From: Candidatus Latescibacterota bacterium
GTDB lineage: Bacteria > Latescibacterota > UBA2968 > UBA8231
NCBI GenBank assembly: GCA_041661365.1
Contig: JBAZUN010000003.1
Coordinates: 1 to 40,835 of the forward strand
Direction of reading: 5' to 3'
DNA length: 40,835 bases
Part shown: one piece after another, positions 35,578 through 40,835 of the stretch
How the letters are laid out: the number at the start of each line of letters is the position of its first letter
Numbering within the stretch: position 1 is the stretch's first letter
Program-made: the position numbers and the translations under genes
The notes under the pieces: model-generated
Told to the model about the DNA's origin: nothing
Database searches by the model: none
Seen by the model: the letters and a program-made list of their open reading frames with translations, nothing else

Positions 35578-35777
35578 GCAGCCCGTTGAAAAAGCCGCTT
35601 TGCCTGGCGAGGCCGAGGGATGGCGGGGCCTGGCTAGGCGCGCGAGCAACAGCGCATCGAGGGAAGATGCGCAGCGCGAGCGGCACAGGGACGTGGCCGG
35701 ATCGAGAGCGATCCGGCACACGACGCCAGGGCCCGTCAGCACCGGCCGCAGCCCTAATGGGCTTTTCAACGGGCTGC
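35578..35777 (+). repeat. structured intergenic element, copy 4 (unassigned family)
   Basis: Closing helix gcagcccgttgaaaaagcc/ggcttttcaacgggctgc. Same core blocks as copy 2. An extra 9-bp hairpin lies at 35696-35717. Confidence 0.75.
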
Positions 35778-35780
35778 TAA

Positions 35781-35891
35781 GTCAGGTCCGCGGCACCCGC
35801 AGCAGGAGCACCGGCACCTGGACGAGGTGGCGCACCTTGTCGACGGTGCTGCCGTAGATCAGGTCGCTGAGGAAACGGTGGCCGTGGGTCG
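35781..35891 (-). pseudogene. orphan duplicate of the usp 3' end (last 36 codons plus stop)
   Basis: 110/111 identical to 37705-37815; the only difference is A35843 versus G37767. Confidence 0.85.
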
Positions 35892-36029
35892 GTGAGCAGG
35901 GAACCATCAAGGTGGACCGTCCGGGTCGTGGCCGCTTGGATCGGTTCTCCTGCCCGTCTCTCCGGAACTACCACCCGGCTAGGCCGGCGACGCCGGCCGG
36001 GTCAACCCCGTAGACAAGGAGATTGCCGC

Positions 36030-37577
36030 ATGGAACGACGCAACTTCGTCAAGAGTCTGGCCGCAGGGGCTGCACTCGTGCCCCTTCTCGCCGAGGTCGC
36101 CCAAGCCTTGTCGGACGGGCTGGAGGCCCTGCGCGCCGATCTGGCGGCAACCCCGGACGACGCGGCCTACTGGGCCAGGGTCCGGGAGGAGTTCACCGCC
36201 CTCGAAGTGGTCTACTTGAACAGCTCGACCATCGGCGCCACGCCGCGGTCGATCATCACGGCGCTGTGCGGGTACCTCGAGCGTCTGGAGAGCTATCCCC
36301 GCAGCTACGTATTCGGGGGCTTCCCCGGAGCCTCGATCGAGACGGTGCGCCAACGGGCCGAGGAGTTCCTCGGCGCGTCGGATGACGAGGTGGCCATCAC
36401 CCACAACACGACCGAGGGGATGAACTACGTCGCCACGGGGCTGAAGCTGCAGGCCGGCGACGAGGTGCTGATGACCGACCAGGAACACCCCGGCGGCACT
36501 GCCGGGTGGCAGTACCGGGCCAAGCGGGACGGCATCCGCATCGCCACCATGTCCCTGCCGACGCCGGTGGAGAGCAAGGAGCAGATCCTGCAGCTCGTCG
36601 AGGACCACCTCACGCCGAACACGCGGGTCTGTTCCTTCTGCCACATCATGACCGAGACCGGGCTGCAGATGCCCCTGGCCGAGATCGCCGCGATCACCCG
36701 TCCCCGGGGCATCTTGCTGGTCTGCGACGGCGCCCACGCCCCGGGCATGCTCCAGGTGGACGTCAAGGCCCTCGGGGTCGACACCTACGCCTCCAGCAGC
36801 CACAAGTGGATGCTGGCGCCCAAGGGCAGCGGCCTGCTCTACATCAGCAAGGAGGTGCAGGACCGGATCCAGCCGGTCGCACTCTCCGGCGGATACGGGG
36901 TGTATTCCGGCGCCTCGGGCACGCCCAATACCCCGCACGTCCTTGCCCACGGGGACACCATGGCCTTTCACAACACCATCGGCCGCGACCGCGTGGAGCG
37001 CCGCGTCCGGCAGCTCCAGGCCTACCTCCGCGCGCGGCTGACGGCGATCGGCGCGACGCCGCTGGTCCCAGACGTTCCTGAGCTGTCCTCCGGCGTCACC
37101 AGCTATGCCTTCTATTCTTTCAGGGGCCGCAACTCGGACAACCTATACCAAGAGCTCAAGAAACGGGGCATCGACGTGAAGGCGGAACCCCGGAACTCCC
37201 TGCGCATCTCGACCCACATCTTCAACAGCGAGGAGGAGATCGACCGGCTGACCGACGAACTGAAGAGCCTTCGGGGGGTCACCTCCGTCGGCGAGACCGG
37301 GAGCGCCCTGCCCAAGGCGGTCGGCCTGCAGCAGAACTACCCGAACCCGTTCAACGCTTCCACGCAGATCCGCTACGAGCTGCCGGCCGACGGCAACGTC
37401 CGCCTGGAGATCCTCGATGCCTTGGGGCAGATCGTCGACGTCCCGTTCCGCGGCTGGCAGACCGCCGGCCGGCACGAGCTGCTGTGGAGTGCCGGCCTCT
37501 TCGCCACCGGAACATACCTGTGTCGACTGGTCGCCGACGAGGAGACGCAGACGCGCAAGATGGAGCTGGTCCGGTAA
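36030..37577 (+). CDS. class V aminotransferase-fold PLP enzyme with Tat signal and T9SS C-terminal sorting domain
   Basis: ATG 36030 preceded by AAGGAG. Twin-arginine motif ERRNFVKSLAAGAA. PLP-lysine motif SSHKW. C-terminal LQQNYPNPFNASTQIRYELP...GTYLCRL is of T9SS/FlgD-Ig-like sorting type. Confidence 0.85.
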   Translation: MERRNFVKSLAAGAALVPLLAEVAQALSDGLEALRADLAATPDDAAYWARVREEFTALEVVYLNSSTIGATPRSIITALCGYLERLESYPRSYVFGGFPGASIETVRQRAEEFLGASDDEVAITHNTTEGMNYVATGLKLQAGDEVLMTDQEHPGGTAGWQYRAKRDGIRIATMSLPTPVESKEQILQLVEDHLTPNTRVCSFCHIMTETGLQMPLAEIAAITRPRGILLVCDGAHAPGMLQVDVKALGVDTYASSSHKWMLAPKGSGLLYISKEVQDRIQPVALSGGYGVYSGASGTPNTPHVLAHGDTMAFHNTIGRDRVERRVRQLQAYLRARLTAIGATPLVPDVPELSSGVTSYAFYSFRGRNSDNLYQELKKRGIDVKAEPRNSLRISTHIFNSEEEIDRLTDELKSLRGVTSVGETGSALPKAVGLQQNYPNPFNASTQIRYELPADGNVRLEILDALGQIVDVPFRGWQTAGRHELLWSAGLFATGTYLCRLVADEETQTRKMELVR

Positions 37578-37704
37578 GGGCTCGACAGAAGCCGCTGGCC
37601 GGCGACGCTGGAGGACCGGGTGCAGAGATTCCCGTGCCGCCGGAGCAGCGATGACGTCATAGGGCTACATCGCCTTCAGCGTCTTCCTGGCCAGGACCTC
37701 CGCG

Positions 37705-37815
37705 GTCAGGTCCGCGGCACCCGCAGCAGGAGCACCGGCACCTGGACGAGGTGGCGCACCTTGTCGGCGGTGCTGCCGTAGATCAGGTCGCTGAGGAAAC
37801 GGTGGCCGTGGGTCG
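37705..37815. repeat. direct repeat partner (genuine usp 3' end)
   Basis: Matches 35781-35891 at 110/111. Confidence 0.85.
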
Positions 37816-38134
37816 ACATGGCGATCAGGTCGACCTGCTTCTCCCGCGCCAGGCGGATGATCTCGTCCGCCGGCTCCCCCATGACCAGGGAGCACTCGAC
37901 CTCGAACCCCTCGGCCTGCAACTGCCGGGTCTGCTCCTCCAGGTAGGTCAGATCCTGTCGGATCTCCTCGCTGGCGGCCAGGTTCAACTGGTCGAAGTTA
38001 CGCGCCGCCCACCCGTCCGCCACGTGCACCAGGAGGAGGGTCGCACCGGTCAGCTTGGCCAGGGGGCGGATGTGGTCCAGGATGACCTGGTCGGCCGCGG
38101 TGTTCTCCAGCGGCACGAGAATCCGATTGTACAT
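37706..38134 (-). CDS. universal stress protein (UspA family)
   Basis: MYNRILVPLENT..LLLVHV..DLIAMSTHGHRFLSDLIYGSTADKVRH..PVLLL. AAAGGAG RBS. Confidence 0.9.
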   Translation of the reverse strand: MYNRILVPLENTAADQVILDHIRPLAKLTGATLLLVHVADGWAARNFDQLNLAASEEIRQDLTYLEEQTRQLQAEGFEVECSLVMGEPADEIIRLAREKQVDLIAMSTHGHRFLSDLIYGSTADKVRHLVQVPVLLLRVPRT

Positions 38135-38148
38135 CTGCCTAGCTCCTT

Positions 38149-39531
38149 TCAGCCGGCCGGATGGACGAGATACGCGGTCAGGCCGGAGAAGTCGGCCAGG
38201 TACTTCACGTTGAGGACGACGATGACCGTCGCCACGGTCCAGGCCAGGGTTTTGAGCCAGAGGGGATTGGTAAACTCACCCATCCACTTCCGGTCGCTGG
38301 TGCACACGATGAGTGGAATCACCGCAAACGAAAGCTGCAGACTGAGGACCACCTGGCTGAGGATCAGCAGCTTGGCCGTGCCGCTCTCGCCGTACAGGGC
38401 CGTGACCACCACCGCCGGGACAATGGCCAGGCCACGGGTGATCAGCCGGCGCAGCCAGGGCTTAAGGCGGATCTGGAGGAACCCCTCCATGACGATCTGA
38501 CCGGCCAGGGTGCCGGTGAGGGTGGAGTTCTGCCCCGAGGCCAGCAAGGCCAGGGCGAAGAGGGTACTGGCGATCGGCACCCCGAGCAGGGGCGAGAGGA
38601 GTTGGTAGGCGTCGGCGATCTCGGCCACCTCGGTCTGGCCCCGGGTGTGGAAGGTGGCCGCGGCGATGATCAGGATGGCCGCGTTGATGAACAAGGCCAG
38701 CATCAGCGCCACGGTGGAGTCGACGGTGGCGTAGCGGATCGCCTGCCGCTTACCCTCCGGAGTCCGCGCGAAGTTGCGCGTCTGCACGATGGAGGAGTGC
38801 AGGTAGAGGTTGTGGGGCATCACCGTGGCACCGAGGATGCCAATGGCGATGTAGAGCATCTCGGGGTTCCGGACGATCTCCAGGCGCGGCAGGAAGCCGC
38901 CGAGCACCTCCTGCAGCGACGGCTGGGAGAACAGGATCTCCAGGCCGAAGCATCCGCCGATCAGCGCGATCAGACTGATGACCAGGGCTTCGACGTACCG
39001 GAAGCCCCGGTTCTGCAGGTAGAGCACCACCAGCACGTCCAGCGCCGTGAGGCAGACCCCCCAGAGCAGCGGCAGCCCGAACAGCAGGTTGAGGGCTACC
39101 GCCGAGCCGATCACCTCGGCCAGGTCGCAGGCGCAGATGGCGATCTCGCACAGCACCCAGAGCCCGAACGATACGGGGGGTGAGTACCGGTCCCGGCAGG
39201 CCTGGGCCAGGTCGCGTCCGGCCACGACCCCGAGTCGGACGAACAAGGCCTGTAGCAGGATGGCCATCGCGTTGGACAGGAGGATGACCGAGAGGAGGGT
39301 GTAGCCGAAGGCCGACCCCCCGGCCAGGTCAGTGGCCCAGTTGCCGGGGTCCATGTAGCCGACGGCGACCAGGTACCCGGGCCCGCAGAAGGCCAGCATC
39401 CGCCGCCAGACCCCCGCGCCCTGGGGCACCGGGACGGTGGCGAAGGCCTCGGGCAGGCTCACCCGGGCGCCGCCTGCCGGTGACCCCGGCGGGCCGGTGG
39501 TGGGCGCCGGGGCAGCGGTTGGGGTAGGCAT
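38149..39531 (-). CDS. mntH: NRAMP-family divalent metal (Mn2+) transporter
   Basis: [24 protein letters not shown] and [13 protein letters not shown] motifs. ATG 39531 preferred; the GTG at 39573 is possible. Confidence 0.9.
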   Translation of the reverse strand: MPTPTAAPAPTTGPPGSPAGGARVSLPEAFATVPVPQGAGVWRRMLAFCGPGYLVAVGYMDPGNWATDLAGGSAFGYTLLSVILLSNAMAILLQALFVRLGVVAGRDLAQACRDRYSPPVSFGLWVLCEIAICACDLAEVIGSAVALNLLFGLPLLWGVCLTALDVLVVLYLQNRGFRYVEALVISLIALIGGCFGLEILFSQPSLQEVLGGFLPRLEIVRNPEMLYIAIGILGATVMPHNLYLHSSIVQTRNFARTPEGKRQAIRYATVDSTVALMLALFINAAILIIAAATFHTRGQTEVAEIADAYQLLSPLLGVPIASTLFALALLASGQNSTLTGTLAGQIVMEGFLQIRLKPWLRRLITRGLAIVPAVVVTALYGESGTAKLLILSQVVLSLQLSFAVIPLIVCTSDRKWMGEFTNPLWLKTLAWTVATVIVVLNVKYLADFSGLTAYLVHPAG

Positions 39532-39676
39532 GGGGCTGCTCCCTGGTGTGACCGGACCGGTCCCGCGTGGCACGCCCGGCCCAGCCAGGTGGTGGTCGAG
39601 GCCGACCGAGTCGGTAGGGCGTGGGCTTGCCGAGGTGGCCCCCTAGACCTACTTTTCGTTGGCCTCTGGCCGCGTT

Positions 39677-39725
39677 ATTAGCATATCAGATGGCGCTAAT
39701 TTAGGAATAACCTAAACTCCGTCAA
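39677..39725 (-). promoter_or_regulatory. mntH promoter with embedded DtxR/MntR-type operator candidates
   Basis: Minus strand: TTGACG (39720-39725) - 16 nt - TAAATT (39698-39703). The spacer holds the palindrome TTTAGG-aataa-CCTAAA (39700-39716). An adjacent palindrome is ATTAGC-12 nt-GCTAAT (39677-39700). Confidence 0.45.
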
Positions 39726-39729
39726 CCCC

Positions 39730-40419
39730 ATGCCCACACACACGGTCGAGCAGTACCTCAAGGCCATCCACCGCCTGCTGGAGGTCCAAGGCAGGGTCGG
39801 CACCACCTCCCTGGCCCAGACCCTGGGCGTCAAGCCGGCGTCGGTGACCAACATGCTGCAGCGCCTGGCGCAGACGAGCCCGCCCCTGCTCGAGTACGAG
39901 CGCCACCGGGGGGTGACCTTCACCGCCGCGGGCCGGAAGGTGGCGCTGAGGGCCATCCGCCACCACCGTCTGCTGGAGTTGTACCTCCACCAGTTGCTCG
40001 GGTATTCCTGGGACCGGGTGCACGAGGAGGCGGACCGGATGGACCACGTGATCTCCACGGAGTTCGGCGACAAGCTGGCCGCCCTGATGGAGAATCCGCG
40101 GTTCGATCCCCACGGTGACCCCATCCCGACCCGAACCCTGGAGTTCCCGGAGTGCGACCTGGAGGCGCTGGGCGACCTGCAGGTCGGGCAGGTCGGGGTC
40201 CTGCGGCGCGTGCGCGACGACGACCCGGCCCTGCTGCGGTACCTGGGCGAGGCAGGGCTGGTACCCGGGGCGCGGTTGACCGTCGTCCGCAAGGAGCCGT
40301 TCGAGGGTCCGATCACGGTACGGGTCGGGCGGGGAGCGAAAGGGCCGGAGCAGTCGGTGGGCGTACGGATCGCCCGGGTCCTCCAGGTGGCCCGGGAAGG
40401 TAGGAGAGGACCGGGTTAG
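39730..40419 (+). CDS. mntR: DtxR/MntR-family metal-dependent transcriptional regulator with C-terminal FeoA/SH3-like domain
   Basis: N-terminal wHTH TVEQYLKAIHRLLE..TSLAQTLGVKPASVTNMLQRL. Metal-site helix RHHRLLELYL. Divergent from mntH. Confidence 0.85.
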   Translation: MPTHTVEQYLKAIHRLLEVQGRVGTTSLAQTLGVKPASVTNMLQRLAQTSPPLLEYERHRGVTFTAAGRKVALRAIRHHRLLELYLHQLLGYSWDRVHEEADRMDHVISTEFGDKLAALMENPRFDPHGDPIPTRTLEFPECDLEALGDLQVGQVGVLRRVRDDDPALLRYLGEAGLVPGARLTVVRKEPFEGPITVRVGRGAKGPEQSVGVRIARVLQVAREGRRGPG

Positions 40420-40528
40420 AACGGGGAACGAGTCGCCCGGACCGAGAACAGGGCCGGCAGCATGAGGTCGAGCTCGGACGGCGAGGGAGCCCGGAATCCA
40501 CGGCCCACTGAGGCGCGCAGGGCGGTCC

Positions 40529-40660
40529 CTTCCGGATGGTGTCTACCGATTCCTTGCAGCGAACGTCGCGGTGCTGCGCGAGCACCGCGGGATCATGCAT
40601 GCCACTGACGATCGCCCGGATGATCGTCATACCGGTGACCCCGGTCTCGGTAGCATCCAG
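40529..40660 (-). pseudogene. IS110-family-like transposase fragment
   Basis: LDATETGVTGMTIIRAIVSGMHDPAVLAQHRDVRCKESVDTIRK resembles the central segment of DEDD (IS110) transposases as I recall them. An in-frame stop lies upstream and the similarity is lost downstream. Confidence 0.35.
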
Positions 40661-40835
40661 CCCGTCCCCGCTGCCCGTCCCCGGTTTCGCTCGTCCCTAT
40701 CGCGTCCCCGCCGTGCCTAGGTCCAACTCGCCAACTCCCCGACTACCCCCAACCGGATCTGTCAAGTTCCTCATCGTCCGGGTCCGACCCCGTGGTAATG
40801 AAACGGGTCGGAGCGCCGGTCGGGGGATGGACGTG

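Noticed and set aside
35480-35857. ORFs 35480..35857(+) and 35586..35780(+), which both run through structured element copy 4. The first shares a GRSPNG string with the ORF over copy 2.
   Set aside because: The distance between conserved blocks differs by 35 nt between copies, which shifts the frame. The block-A frame of copy 4 hits a TGA in copy 2. The substitutions follow base-pairing, not codon structure.
37651-37660. Perfect 10-bp palindrome ATGACGTCAT between the PLP-enzyme gene and usp.
   Set aside because: It is a single occurrence with no partner site or obvious relation to the repeat junctions. It was noted only as a possible binding site.
39532-39573. GTG at 39573 as the mntH start, as given in the ORF track.
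   Set aside because: The extra 14 residues are Pro/Gly-rich. The ATG at 39531 has a GGGAG-type RBS. Either remains possible.

Overview
High-GC (about 68-70%) bacterial chromosomal window with about 36 credible protein genes plus regulatory signals. I saw no rRNA, tRNA or CRISPR array. All functional calls come from motif recognition by eye; no database search was run.

Gene content, left to right:
- trxB, a monocistronic coiled-coil hypothetical, a possibly CnbZ-like hypothetical, and an Sfp-type PPTase.
- A translationally coupled operon: Mo-hydroxylase large subunit, DapA-like enzyme, aminotransferase.
- A 922-aa secreted protein with six Ig-like (ASH / choice-of-anchor-D-like) repeats and a beta-barrel-like C-terminal tail.
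- A 9.4-kb same-strand envelope block: LytR_C, rsfS, mtnA, SPOR, mltD-like, mreD, mrdA, rodA, TPR.
- On the minus strand: a sensor-less sigma54 activator, an orphan Soj-type parA, a 38-aa membrane ORF and a short RpoD-like sigma factor.
- Two MazG-family genes plus a Kelch propeller.
- A glycan-type cluster: beta-helix protein, BtrH-like protein, MFS transporter, GH-like TIM barrel, Gfo/Idh/MocA oxidoreductase.
- A class V PLP enzyme carrying both a Tat signal and a T9SS sorting domain.
- usp, mntH, mntR, and an IS110-like relic at the right edge.

Most interesting observations:
1. A family of 100-200 nt structured intergenic elements (four clear copies, one possible). Their helices change sequence between copies but stay complementary. 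I cannot assign them to any RNA or MITE family I know.
2. A 110/111-identical direct repeat of the usp 3' end brackets the single Tat/T9SS gene like att sites.
3. A strong orphan promoter drives about 420 nt of structured non-coding sequence.
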